From Octopus vulgaris (Eukaryota): a stretch of DNA of 64,000 nt. Positions 42,788-55,640 of the stretch are shown in pieces; position 1 is the stretch's first letter, and each line of letters starts with the position of its first letter. The notes beneath the pieces were generated by a model, which did no database searches, was not told where the DNA came from, and saw nothing but the letters and a program-made list of their open reading frames with translations. A program made the translations under genes and the position numbers. Location of the stretch: the NCBI GenBank assembly GCA_951406725.2, contig OX597814.1, positions 95,232,001 through 95,296,000 of the forward strand, given 5' to 3'.

Positions 42788-45700
42788 ATTTATGGTTGTG
42801 TGTCTTTGTGTCTATGTTTGTCCCCCTGCTATTGCTTGAAAACCAATGTTGGTGTGTTTATGTCCCTGTAACTTAGCAATTTGGCAAAAGAGAATAAATA
42901 TTTGGCTTACAAAGAATAAATCCTAGGGTCAATTTCTTTGACTAAAACCCTTTAAGGTAGTGTGGCAGCATAGCCATAGTTAAATGACTGAAACAAGTAG
43001 AAGAATAAAAAAACAGTCTAATGATTCAGTTAACTGAGCTGTGAACAATTTTGATTTAGATTTATGTATTGGTATGTATTTCAAGAAACAACTGGATTTC
43101 TTTCTCTAACATTTCAGATAGTACAACTTAAACAAGTTAATGAATGAAAAATAAAACAAGAATTTTGAAAGAAGTTTTTATAAAACTAGTTTTTAAACAT
43201 CAAATGGCTATGGGGAAAATAGTAACCAAAGAGATCCATTTTGTTTTTTGCCACAAAAAAATCACCTTCAGTCTTATTTGTGAAGCTGGGCCTATGTTAC
43301 ATGGTTTAATGTACAAAAAAACTTTTTCTCTTGGATATGCACTGCTGAAATTAGGGTGTGTCTAAAATTTCCCTGTGCCTTTTATGCCAACAAATAAGGT
43401 AACATAAATAAAACTTCAAAGTAAGAGAAAAAATTACTTAATTTCATTAAGTATCTTACAGGAAGTTCTTGGTTGAATAATTTCTCCTATGTTATTAATT
43501 ATTATTGTAGTTCAAATTCATTCAGAATCCTTCTTCTGAATTGAAGTCAAAATATTTGAGTAGACAATTAACTCTCAGTCTTGAGTTCAAATCTACACCA
43601 GGCATTGTTTTTCATTCTCCTTTTCTTTTTTCTTTTTTTTTTTTTCTTTTTTTCATAGGTTAACCAGAGAAGGAAGAGTGGTGTCCATGACCCTTTGAAA
43701 GGTTTTTGTGGCTAATGAGAAGAAGGGAGGAATTATTCTCAGTCCAAAGAATGGTCCAAATGCTTACAACAGAGTGCAATCCACTAACAGCACCAAAGAA
43801 CCAGGTAGTAGTGTTTTGGGATGATAAAACTTTTTATGTATGTACTGAGGTACATGATCATGTACCTCATTTCACCTAGCTGTTAGAATTAGGTATAAGG
43901 TTATCTGGAGTAATACCAATACTATGTTGTATCTTATTACAAAGATAGTTAAAATCTGTCTGCTTAATATCATGAAACTAGGGTTAGTATAAATCCATCA
44001 AGACTGGAGATATTTGCAGTTAATTTTACTTTTAGCCATATGAGCCAATGAGGGAACTTCAACATGTTTGTTTGATCTGTGAAAACAGCATCCAAATCTC
44101 CCTCAAATCACAGCACACTATCCTTAAAAGGAAAGCTTTCCCTGCAGAATATGGTACAAGGGTTCTGCTCCATGTGCAACACCTTATGAGGCTGCCCTAC
44201 TAGTTGGTGCATAAACTTGAATCTTCTTCTCTCTAGTTCATACCCAGTCCCTACAGTGCACAGGGTTTTGAGAAGCTCACATAAAGCACATGCATAAGAA
44301 AACATAATGGGAATTGATGGGGAGCACTAGTGGTCTTGGTCAACTCTATGCTCTATAACATCTCTGGGACCACTATCCTGGGATAGTGGTCCCAGGATAG
44401 TGGTCCCAGGACAGTGGTCCCTGCAAGAGTAGCAAGCAAGCAATCAACACATCAATGGATCTCAGTCCCTCTTGCTAGATGTCCAGTCCAAAGAGGAAAG
44501 ACATATTGTATTTCAATTAAAGAAATGTCATTAATAAGAACCAAAAAGAGAAATTCCAAAAATAATATCTGACAATTCACATGTATAGCTATCTATATTT
44601 TCAGGTGACTATATGCCTTGGAGAAACTGGACATAATCTATAAGGAAACAAATTCCATATTCTATTAGTTTATAAGCTTTTGCTCTTGAATTAATCAGGT
44701 CTGCAGAGTGTTGACAGTAAATAGAGTAACTTTTGACTATTTTCTATATGGAAAAATTGTATTTTTCTTAGACCAATTTTTTTTGCTTTTGTTTTTTGTG
44801 CACATGTAATTTTCCAAAACTGCATGCATAACTCAAATATTAAGATAGATCAAATTGGTTTCTCAGTTTCACAGCATAAAACCAGCAAGGAATTACTATA
44901 AAAATGATATAACTTGCCACAGGGCAGGTAAATACCATCAGTAAATGTGAAAGTCAATGTTTCTCTTTTGGTTCAGAAAATATTAAAGATATTCATGTCC
45001 TAAGGGTCAGTGTAATATAATTATAACCATAAATGAGAACAAATGGTTTAGACAAGACTATATATCATGAGATTATAAGTCCTATATGAAGACAGTAAAA
45101 GTAATTCAAGGAGTGAAATAAAGACTTTTTACCTAAGCAACATCAAGTTTCCTTATTGTTTTTAGAAAAAAGATTGTAGGATGTTGTGATGTTCACATCT
45201 TTCCCCAAAGTAAGGTGCAGGTGTGATTGTGTGAAGCTTGATTTACATCCATGTGGTTGTGGCACCTTGGGCAAGTGTCTGCTACTATAACCCTGGGCCA
45301 ACCAAGCCCTCTTGAGTGGAGTTGGTAGATGGAAACTGAAAGAAGCTTATCACGTATATATATATCATCATCAGCAGCAGCATCATCATTTAACGTCCGT
45401 TTTCCATGCTAGCATGGGTTGGATGGTTCGACCAGGATTTGGGAAGCCAGGAGGCTGCACCAGGCTCCAGTCTGATCTGGCAATGTTTCTACAGCTGGAT
45501 GCCCTTCCTAACATCAACCACTCTGTGAGTGTAGTGGGTGTTTTTTTACGTGCCACATATATATATATATAAAGATCCCCTTTGGTCATGAATGACCATA
45601 GGATTGGGATTGAACCTAGAAAGTTTCCCTCCAAGGCACAAGTCCGGGCAAGGTTGTTTGTGGAAGACCAGCAGTCACCCATGCATACCAGCCTTCCCTC

Positions 45701-46512
45701 TGCACACCACCAATGTTATCCAAGGGAAAGGCAAAGGCCAATACAGCTTGACACTAGTGATGTCACAACTCATTTCTACAGATGAGTGAAATGGAGCAAT
45801 GTGAAATAAAATGTTTTGTATATATACGTGTGTGTGTGTGCATGTGTCTAGATATGTGGGTGAGTGCTTGTGTTCATGCATATCCTTATCGTGACATTAT
45901 GTGACAGCTATAAATGAGCATCACCATCATACAAGCAATATGGTTCATATCCGATCTTCCATGGAAGACATGTCAAGCTATGGACAAATATTATCCTGAT
46001 TGGAAACAGGTGAGGGTTGGTAAAAATCTGCTGTAGAAAATCTGCCTCAACAATTTTCAGTTTACCTATGCAAGCATGGAAAAGTGGATGTTAAAGGACG
46101 ATGGTGATGTAAGAAAAAAATTGAAACTTAAATCAAATTTATATTTTTAAGCTGTAACTAAAAAAGTTGCAGCCAAGACTATGTAATCTCATTGTTCAAG
46201 ACAGAACTGAATCAGTAAATTGACAATGTGCTAAGTAATGAAAAGCTTCAGTAAATTGAGCAATGAAGACACACTAATTAAAACTGATTAATTGTTGGGA
46301 ATGATAAAACTGCTTTGAGATTTTATCAAAACGTGGACAATTAGGAAAAGAGTTGCAGATGAGAATTAGAGAATATCAAATATTCTACTTTATTACAAAA
46401 CTGAGAGCGATTTCAAAGAGTTCTTAGCTAAGAAATTGAAACTTTAGTCACTTTATCTGAAAGTCTATAAAAAACTAGTGTTTCTAAGAGAATTAGATTA
46501 CTAGAATATTAG

Positions 46513-46827
46513 AGAAAAAACAGTTAAAAAAAATTAGTAAACTAAAGAAAAATTTAGATTTTAAGATAATAGGTGTAGGCATGGGTGTGTAGTTTAGAAG
46601 CTGACTTCCCAATCATGTGGTTTTGGGATCAGTTCCACTGTATGGCAACTTCTACTCATAGGCTTGGACTGACCAAAGACTTTAGTAGAAGGTGCCATAC
46701 AGTGGAACTGATCCCAAGACCACATGATTGGGAAGTCAGCTTCTAAACTACACACCCATGCCTACAACCATTATCTTAAAATCTAAGTTTTTCTTTAGTT
46801 TACTATTTTTTTAAACTGTTTTTTTCT
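46513..46827. repeat. ~145-bp-arm fold-back inverted duplication with a 27-nt loop
   Basis: 46513-46656 pairs with 46684-46827. The arms include a SINE head plus its unique flank. Confidence 0.92.
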
Positions 46828-47571
46828 GCCATGCATTGCTACTGCCATGTGTTGCTGCTGCTGCTGTTATCATTATTGTATTAAAAACTGATGTTGCTGC
46901 TATTTAGCCCAAGGTCAGTCCTGATTAAGTAAACCTATGATCAAAAGCATTCCAGTTATGACCATCCCCTATATGAGAGCTAAATTGATCAATGTACAAT
47001 GTATTTTTTTTATATATTTAAATAATTAAAGAGTAACTTAAAAGTGATTTAATTGCTATTTCCATCAGATCAAACAGCTGGGTAGAGAGATGACCTAAAT
47101 AAGGGTTGGTCAGGTCTGTAAAGGAGCGTATTGCCAATCTTCATGCTCAATTAGATTCAACATCATAAGATCAAATCTGGCCATGACTTCCTTGTCATGA
47201 GTACCTTCTACTGTTCGTAACACTATACTACTTTACTCAGAAGGTCTTATCCATTGCTTTACATAACCTTATAATAAAACTGATCTGAAAACTTTTTCTG
47301 AAAAATTAAATCATCATTTTAACATCTATTTTTCCATGGTTTCATGGGTCTGATGGAATTTTGTTGAGGCAAATTTTCTATGGTCAGATGCTCTTCCTGT
47401 TGCCAACTCACACCTGTTTCCAGACAAAGTAATATTTCCCCATGACCAGACAATGTTTCACAAAAGACTGGAAACAAAAGACACCACCTGCATGATGGTG
47501 ACTCTCATTTACAACTATCATTGATATCAAGGTATGTGCACAAGCACACACACACACACAAGCACAGACAG

Positions 47572-47611
<40 letters not shown>

Positions 47612-47613
<2 letters not shown>

Positions 47614-47930
47614 CTCAGTGGTTACAGCATCAGGCTCACAATCATTAAGTATGAGTTCAATTCTCGGACCAGGCTGTGGGTTGTGTTCTTGAGCAAGACA
47701 CTTTATTTCACATCACTCCAGTTTACTCAGCTGTAGGAATGAGTTGTGACATCACTGGTGCCAAGCTGTATTGGTCTTTGCTTTTCCCTTGGATAACATC
47801 GGTGGTGTGGAGAGGGGAGGTTGGTATGCATGGGTGACTGCTGGTCTTCCATAGACAACCTTGCCCGGACTTGTGCCTTAGAGGGTAACTTTCTAAGTGC
47901 AATCCCACGGTCATTCATGACCAAAGGGTG
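47612..47930 (+). mobile_element. tRNA-headed SINE (family F)
   Basis: Head gactcagtggtt...gagttcaattc, then TCTTGAGCAAGACACTT and 3' ...gtgcaatccc...ggtcattcatgac. Copies at ~21395-21712, ~32995-33312 and ~45577-45810 on the minus strand. Confidence 0.8.
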
Positions 47931-48205
47931 TCTCTATTATATATATGTACATACACATACACAAACTCACACACACACATACAATGAGCTTCTTTCAGTT
48001 ACCATACACCAAATCCACTTGCAGGGCTTCGGTCAGCCCAGAGCTACAGTATAAGACACTTGCCCAAGGTGCCACACAATAGGACTGAACCTAAAACCAT
48101 GTGGTTTGAATCAAGCTTTTTACCACTCAGCTACATCTGCACCTATAAACACATTTGTGCCTATAAATGGAAACAAGAAAAGTACATATAAAAACAACTA
48201 CTTAC

Positions 48206-48492
48206 CCACTGATAATTAAACTATCGTCAAATAAATAAACTTTCATATGATGTAATCCAATGGTTTCATTGTAACGGTTGGGCATAATCTTCTTCAAAAT
48301 TCCTCGAAGATCAGGAGTATGGAATAATGAGAGTCTTGCATTTTGGGGATAGGCACTTAAAACAGGTTGGAGAATAGTGCAGGAGTTCTCTGAACCCCTT
48401 CGACCACGAGTGTAATCAAGCAAAATGTGAACATCAAAGTCTTTATTTCCCTCAGCAAGTGATTGGCGACAGGCCTCATTTAAAGAATCAAC
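48206..48492 (-). CDS. PGS1: PGS1 internal exon (CDP-diacylglycerol--glycerol-3-phosphate 3-phosphatidyltransferase, mitochondrial), 287 nt, phase 0 to phase 2
   Basis: Translates VDSLNEACRQSLAEGNKDFDVHILLDYTRGRRGSENSCTILQPVLSAYPQNARLSLFHTPDLRGILKKIMPNRYNETIGLHHMKVYLFDDSLIISG. It matches the PGS1 motifs ILLDxTRGxRG, SLFHTPxLRG and NETIGLxHxKVYLFD (HKD-like PLD motif). Acceptor tttcag| and donor GG|gtaag on the minus strand. Confidence 0.95.
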
Positions 48493-50377
48493 CTGAAATA
48501 GAGAATCAAGACTAGAAATAAATTCAAGAAAAAACATAAGGAAATGATAGCACTGTGTAAAAAAAATTTAATTTTTTCTTTGTCTTTGGTTAGTAAGTGT
48601 TATTTCCAATTTGCTTCTGTCTAGAAATCAAAGGAAATTACTATTATTCCTTTCAAATTTTGCTTTTGTCACCTGGACATCAATGTTTTTCCATTACATT
48701 TCAGACAGATTCAGTGCTGAGCTGCTGAAGCAGAAATATCATTGTAGCAAATATTCTACTCAATACCACAGATTTGTTTGTCCATCACTTGACCGTAACC
48801 ACTTGAGCATGTCTTTTAGTGACTGATAATTATGTGCATCTCTAATCATGAGCAGGGAGCATCATAGCCATGTGTTGAGAGGAATTCTTTGGTGTTTGAA
48901 TAAATGTAACAAAAGCAAAGTTTGAAGGAAATATTAGCAATTTTTCATACATTCTAGGAGTAAGCAAATAGGAAATAGCAGTTGCTACCCAGGGACAAAA
49001 ATTATGTTACATAGTGTAATCAATAAAAAAAGCAATAAATCTGTATATCATCAAAAGACATGTTTTAAATATAAAGATATAATAGGCACAGGCATGGCTG
49101 TGTGGACAAGGAATTCCACTTTGCAACCACTTGATTTCAGGTTCAGTTCAACTGTGCAGCCAGACTGACCAAGACCTTGTGAATGAATTTAGTAGAAGGA
49201 AACTGCATGGAAGCCTATTGCATATGCTTGCGTGTGCATATACATGTGTGTATGTGGTGGGTGTAAGTGCTTTTGTATCTGCTTTCCCCAGTCACTATGT
49301 GACAACCAGTGTCGGTTTGTTTACATCCTTGTAACTTTGCATGTCAACAAAAAAGGCTAATAAAATAAGTACCAAACTTTGATAAAATAAGTACTGGGGT
49401 TAACCTGTTAGATTAAAACCATTCAAGGTGGTGCCCCAGCATGGCCACAGTCCAGTGACTGAAACAAGTAAGTGATAAAAGATAAAAGATACTTTTATAA
49501 ATTGAATTTTGGCATGTAAACCCTGTAAGTCAAATACCCCACTATAATACCATTTCCTGGACTGTGGGTGCCTTCAGCAGAGTTGCAAGTATTTGGACCA
49601 GGCATCTGGCTGGGACACTAAGATCCCTTATGGTATAATTTCTTACATTTGGTGCCACTGATAATTAGAAAATATAAAAAGAAAAAGTTGCCCAGTGGAA
49701 GCTACAAACAACTTTCCTCCATCCTATCTCTCCAGAGAGTTGGCTATCCTGAATTCCCTCCTCACCATATTTTGCTTGTATTCATCAATGTTTGGTTATT
49801 CAAGATGAACATCTTGGAGAAGATACAAAGATCAAGGATCCAACTCTTTCCTCCTTTAACCTTTTCCTTACTAAATTCCAGTTAAAATACACTGTCTTTG
49901 TTTTAATTAATTTTGGTAATAATGAAGAATTTAATAAAATAACTTTATCAGAGAATGTGACAAGCCTGGCTCTTTGAATTTCTGGTACAATTCACTTTTG
50001 CCAGCTGAGTGAACTGGAGCAATGTGAAATAAAGTGTCTTGCTGAAGGATACACGTGCCACCAGGAATTGAACTCACGGCCTTCTGATCATGAACCAAAC
50101 ACCCTAATGACTGAGTCACACACCTTCACTAACAGTCACTTTAAATGTCATATAACTAGGTTGAGGATTGTTCTTGTAAGAATTCTAAAAATCATTAGTC
50201 TTTCTAAAATCTTTCTAACCTTACCAGATAGAACTATTCCTCTAAATTTCTTTTGTTTTGTTGAAAATGTTTTCTTGATAATCACAAGTTAGAAATTGGA
50301 AGTGAAAGTCTATTTCTTGCCTTCATGCTCATTTAGAATAAATTATGATTGAAGAATCATCAAGAAAAAACACATAC

Positions 50378-50455
50378 CAGCTCTTGCTCCAAAGTGCCAG
50401 TTCCAAGATATAAAGAAGCCATAATAATTCGCTTGCGAGATTTCCTGGCTTTTAG
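50378..50455 (-). CDS. PGS1: PGS1 internal exon, 78 nt, phase 0 to phase 0 (not in ORF track)
   Basis: Translates LKARKSRKRIIMASLYLGTGTLEQEL, matching PGS1 xxRxxMASLYLGTGxLEQEL. Acceptor ctgcag| and donor |gtatgt. Splices in frame to the exon at 48492 (EQEL|VDSL). Confidence 0.95.
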
Positions 50456-51309
50456 CTGCAGAAGGTAAAGTAACATAAAAATTTACATCATTGAAATCTG
50501 ATAAGTGCAAAATTTTTAGAATATTTTAGCAATTTTTCAGTCAATAAAAAAAAAAAGAACATGAACATGAACAGATGAAAAATGAAGAAGATTTAATTCT
50601 AACATATTGTAAACATTGAAGAAAATACAGGTAAAAAGTATTTTTTAAAGATACAGTTGGATCGTTTTCACTTTAGAAAATGGAAAGATGACTTTTAGAG
50701 CCAAATGAATGAGCTCTACACGCAAGCACACATAAATACACACACACACATATATGTATAAAAACATATATGCATTTATTTTTTAAATGACAGAAAATTA
50801 CGACAAAGACTCAAGAATTGAGTGTCATGAAAGGTAGTTATTAAATCCTTATATAATCATCGTTTAACGTCTACCTTCCATGCTGGCATGAGTAGGATGG
50901 TTTGACAAGAGATGGCCAGGCAGAAGCTTGTACCAGATATCTGTAACTGTTTTGACAGAACTTTTACAAATGGATGCCCTTCCCAACACCAACTACTCAG
51001 CAGAGTGGACTTAGTGCTTTTTACATAGCACAAGCATAGGCAAGGTCAGTTTTGGCAAGGTTTTTACAGCTGGGTGCCCTTCCAAATGTCAACCACTTTA
51101 CAGTGTGAGCTGGGTGCTTTTAAGTAGCACCTGTACTGACAGGGTCACCAAGTACTTGCATGATAAAAATCTTTAGAGAGGGGAGGGGGCATTGGAGGAG
51201 GTGCTCTTGTGTCAGATGATGAAAGCAAAGCAGAGAGACAGAAACAGGTGTCTTGCTGTAGAGGAGGTGCAAGGTTACCTGGTGAGAGACAGATATATAA
51301 TAACAGATA

Positions 51310-52482
51310 ATAACTTTATTTATCAAAAAATGCTATGGGAATAAAATTAAACCTTCTTTTCTATAATGTTATTCAATAAAGCCACATTCAGCTTCAACAA
51401 CTGCTTCTGTATGAGATCTAAATCATCTACATGCTTGAATTAAGTGGTCCTAGTTCATTTTGGACAATACTCTGACTATGGCAGCTTTCAAAGAATCTTT
51501 GGTGTTATGGGCATGTTCATCGACCTCTCTCTCAACAACGCTCCATGTGTAATAGTCCAATGGATTGAGATCTGGGGAATTAAGAGGCAAATGTTAGGAG
51601 TTATGTGATCAGGAAAATTTTCAGCCATCCATTTCTGTGTTACTAGAACCATGTGTGATAGTGTAGAGTCTTGCTGAAATACATAAGGCCTCGCATTACA
51701 TACATTGTCTATCCAGGACTAAACAATTATTTCCAGGACCTCAATGTAGGTGGCAGAGTTAACTCTAAGGCCTTGTGGAAAGAAATAAGGAGACATCACA
51801 TGTCCTTCATTGTTGACAACCCTTAAAACCATGACAATTGCATGAAATTTTTGTATGTATAACACTTGAAACTTCAGAAGTGTCTGCACATAACCATCTG
51901 TCATTTCTTCTGTTAACTTTTTGATCTTGGTCAAAGTTTTTCTTGTTTGAGAAAAACAAAATCAAATCTTCTTCTGCTGGATTTTTCAGTTTGTTTAAGA
52001 GCCTTTTAGATCTGATGTAGTGATTTTCTTTTGCTTTTTCTGACAAACTGACCTTTCCTCATCATATAAGATTTATATCTGATGTCTTCATGGACAACAT
52101 TTCTGACTGTTCCTTCTGACACATAGAGATCTTTTGCACTTGACCTCATGGACTTTCTAGAATTATAAGCAATGTGCTGGTGTTTTGATGATTTCAGGGT
52201 GTTTAGAATACTTTTTATACTTTGATACTGGTGATACATTTCCATCTTCAGTCTCTAGCTTCTTATAAACTTTGTAGACGAAAGAAATGGCAACTTTTGA
52301 AAATTGATATATTTCTAAATCTCTATGCTCAACCTTTATAACCACAATAACAGCCTATTCATTCCTTGAGTAAGCTGAGGGTCTGCCATTATTATTTTCT
52401 GAAACAAAGATTATACAGAGTGAGCAAGAACTGCAGCAATGACCCCAAAAAGGTATATCCTCAAGTACCTTACGCACCCTGC
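51310..52482 (-). mobile_element. Decayed Tc1/mariner (maT/DD37D-like) transposon
   Basis: Frameshifted minus peptides SMRSSAKDLYVSEGTVRNVVHEDIRYKSY, FFSNKKNFDQDQKVNRRNDRWL, VMVLRVVNNEGHVMSPYFFPQGLRVNSATYIEVLE, FQQDS...H and PDLNPLDY. One end reads cagggtgcgtaagg next to TA. Confidence 0.88.
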
Positions 52483-52890
52483 ATATATATATATATATAT
52501 ATCTGGCATCCGTGCTAGTGGAGTGCTAACAGCACCATCCGAACATGATCGTTGCCAAAGCAGCTAACTGGCTTCCATGCCAGTGGCACATAAAAAGCCC
52601 CATTTGAGCATGATCGTTACCAGCGTCACCTTACTGGCACTTGTGCTGGTGGCACATGATTAAAAAATTCGAGCAAGGTTGTTGCTAGTGTCGCTGGATT
52701 GGCCCCTGTACAGATGGCACGTAAAAGCACCCACTACACTCTCGGAGTGATTGGCGTTAGGAAGGGCATCCAGCTGTAGATTATGGAACCTGGTGTGGAC
52801 ACTGGCCTTGACAGTTTCTGTCAATTCCCCCAACCCATGCCAGCATGGAAAGTGGATATTAAACAACAATGATGATGATGATGATGATGA

Positions 52891-52940
<50 letters not shown>

Positions 52941-52941
<1 letters not shown>

Positions 52942-53166
52942 GCGGCGAGCTGGTAGAAACGTTAGCACGCCGGGCGAAATTCGTAGCTGTATTTCGTCTG
53001 TCGTTACGTTCCGAGTTCAAATTCCGCCGAGGTCGACTTTGCCTTTCATCCTTTCGGGGTCGATAAATTAAGTACCAGTTACGCACTGGGGTCGATGTAA
53101 TCGACTTAATCCCTTTGTCTGTCCTTGTTTGTCCCCTCTGTGTTTAACCCCTTGTGGGTAGTAAAG

Positions 53167-53170
<4 letters not shown>
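52941..53170 (+). mobile_element. Young-looking, full-length family B (Nin/Deu-domain) SINE
   Basis: CpG-rich intact copy GGCGGCGAGCTGG...GAGTTCAAATTCCGCCGAGGTCGACTTTGCCTTTCATCCTTTCGGGGTCGATAAATTAAGTACC, inserted in (TA)n. Confidence 0.88.
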
Positions 53171-53213
<43 letters not shown>

Positions 53214-54150
53214 TATACTGATATGCATATGCACAAACATATATAGTTATATGAGGATAGAGTCATTTGTGTACAAGTAATATCCATGAATTGCCTTCAA
53301 GAATTAAATTTATATGTATACCTGTTTTCTATATATGCACGCTTAACTTTTAAAAGTTTTTGTTATGTATATTTGTGTGTACTTGTAGATGCAAATACAG
53401 AATACGCCTTTTCTTTTTTCCCACAAAATTCTTGAAAATAAGTTATGTTGGAAGTGGATGCTGGATACCTTATATCACTATTTCAAGATAACACTGAATT
53501 TACATTTCTGAAGAAATAACAGGTGAAGAATCCTAAGGAAAAGCTAGATAAGAAAATGGAAACAGAAACCCCAAGTTGTTTAAATATCATGTGTTAAAGT
53601 ATGGAAAAGGTTAGAAATCCACCGAGGTAAAATTGCATGTATAACTGAAAGAAAATAATCATATAGATGAAGAAAATGAATTAAAAACAAAAATTCTTTC
53701 AGTTAATTATTATACACATAATTCTTCCTCCCACCACCTTCTAATAACAATCTCAACAGCATCGCCAATAATTTTGTGTATTTTTACATAAGAAGTAAGG
53801 ATTGAGATATGATTGTGTGGTTAAAAAGTTTACTCAGTGAATCATGCTGCTAAAAGTTCAATCCTCTGCATGGCACCTTGAATAAGTGTTTCATTGCTAT
53901 AATCTTCAGTAAACCCAAGCCTTGTGAGTGAAACTGAGTAGACAGAAACTGAGCACAGGATGGTTACATGGACTGAACATGTTCATGAGTGGAAAACTTA
54001 ACATGCCACTTGGTTTAGCATCACCTTGGATTATAAGTGCCATTAACAGAGTTCACTCATGCAAGTTATTGTTGTTTAGCCCCACATCAGCCCTGTATAG
54101 ACAGGTGTTTCTGTTATGGCCATCCCAACTTTTTCCACACCTTGAACTAC

Positions 54151-54900
54151 ATTATTATTATTATTATTATGTTTTTTCCTTCTTTCTTCAAATTTTCTTC
54201 GTTTCTTGCCGAGTGTTTCCATACACCTAGGGCAGAGAAGGGCATTGCATGCATGCATGCATGCATCTGTCGTCGTCGTCGTCATCATTATTATTGCCTT
54301 TGCACCACTTCTAATGCTGGCGATGTACTACAGTGTCAACTGTTCACTACCAGTGAACTAAGGTAACACCTCTTATTTTTCGAGCACCTTCTGGAGTATT
54401 CAAGCAGTTCCAAGCAGTGCTGTTTGCTACAAATGCTCCACCTTTATTGCAGCCCCTATTTGTTCCACTTACTTCTCGAGATTTTTGCTCACTGTTCCCA
54501 GGGCTCCAACAGTTATTAGTACTACTGCTACCTTTTTCATCGACCACAACTGCTTAACTTCCCAAGCTAACCTGTCATATCTCACGACTTTTCTTTCTTC
54601 CTTATCGCATACCTTGTTGTCAGCTGAGCATGCTATATCTATGATTCAGCATAGTTTTGTTTTCTTTCTCAATTAAGACTATGTCTGGCTTCCTATTTTC
54701 AATTTGATGGTTGCACTGAATTATAAAATCCCATAGGATCTTTGCATTTCTATTTTCAAAGATGCCTTCAGGTTTGTGGTTATACCAATTTTTTGCTCTG
54801 TCAAGTCCATACTTGTGACAAAGTGTCCAATGGACAAGCCTAGTTATATTGTTGTGGTGTCTCTTATATGCCTTCTGGGCTAGTGGCATACATTGGCTGG
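54151..54900 (-). mobile_element. R4/Dong-type LINE 3' fragment (restriction-like endonuclease domain)
   Basis: YKRHHNNITRLVHWTLCHKYG...WYNHKPEGIFEN...KILWDFIIQCNHQIENRKPDIVLI (RHN and KPD motifs). It is bounded by (TAA)n tracts, the typical target of this clade. Confidence 0.85.
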
Positions 54901-55071
54901 TTATATTATTATTATTATTATTATTATTATCATTATTATTATTATTATAGTGATTTGAAAGGATTTGGCTGCTATTTCTGGCAATTTAAGTGATTACCTC
55001 ACTGGTTTAGACCTGGTCTCTGGTCTGAAGATAACTTGATACATTGATGTACTGAATCTTGTGATTTCAAT

Positions 55072-55243
55072 CCAGATACTTTTGTTTACCTTTTCGTACA
55101 AATGGGACAACTTGGAATTTTGGATGATGAATAAATTAGAAAACACCTGAGATCAACTACCTAACAAGACGAGGGTCTGCTGGCTCCCAGATACTTTAAT
55201 ATTATCAACCACTAAACTTAAAATGATGGCTTCTCCTGAAGTA
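55072..55243 (+). pseudogene. Decayed, inverted copy of a downstream PGS1 exon
   Basis: Plus frame reads PDTFVYLFVQMGQLGILDDE*IRKHLRSTT*QDEGLLAPRYFNIINH*, then after a frameshift KMMASPEV. This resembles the PGS1 segment DTWIYPLIQM...IDE...GYFNLT...LLASPEV. It has stops, a frameshift and a deletion, and lies on the strand opposite to the real exons. Confidence 0.8.
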
Positions 55244-55640
55244 TTGCTTTTCTTTACATTTTCCCTTCCTATTTTTACTTTACCAACTTCAGACTCACAC
55301 CAACCTCTGATTCACACCAACCTGACTCATAGACATGCTGCCTGCAGACTCTGTCTTTTCTACCAGTGCTACAGCACCATCTGATCTTCATTTACTTATC
55401 TCTTCTCCTCTTGTTATCTGTATAGTGTATGCTGCCCCAGTTTTACACTAATCCTTATTTCCAATCCACCTTCTTCAGAACGACAGTTCTCTTGAAATCC
55501 CCACCTGCTCATGATTGTCCTGCAGGTGTTCAAGAACATTGACAATATTGATCTTACCACTCTTGGAATGGTTTGAAATGGTAATACTTGCAGCTCCTTT
55601 CACCAGACAAAGCCATTACAAAAAATATGACAGAAACTCA

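Noticed and set aside
48493-48537. N-terminal extension MFFLEFISSLDSLFQ of ORF 48202..48537
   Set aside because: Intron sequence upstream of the tttcag acceptor.
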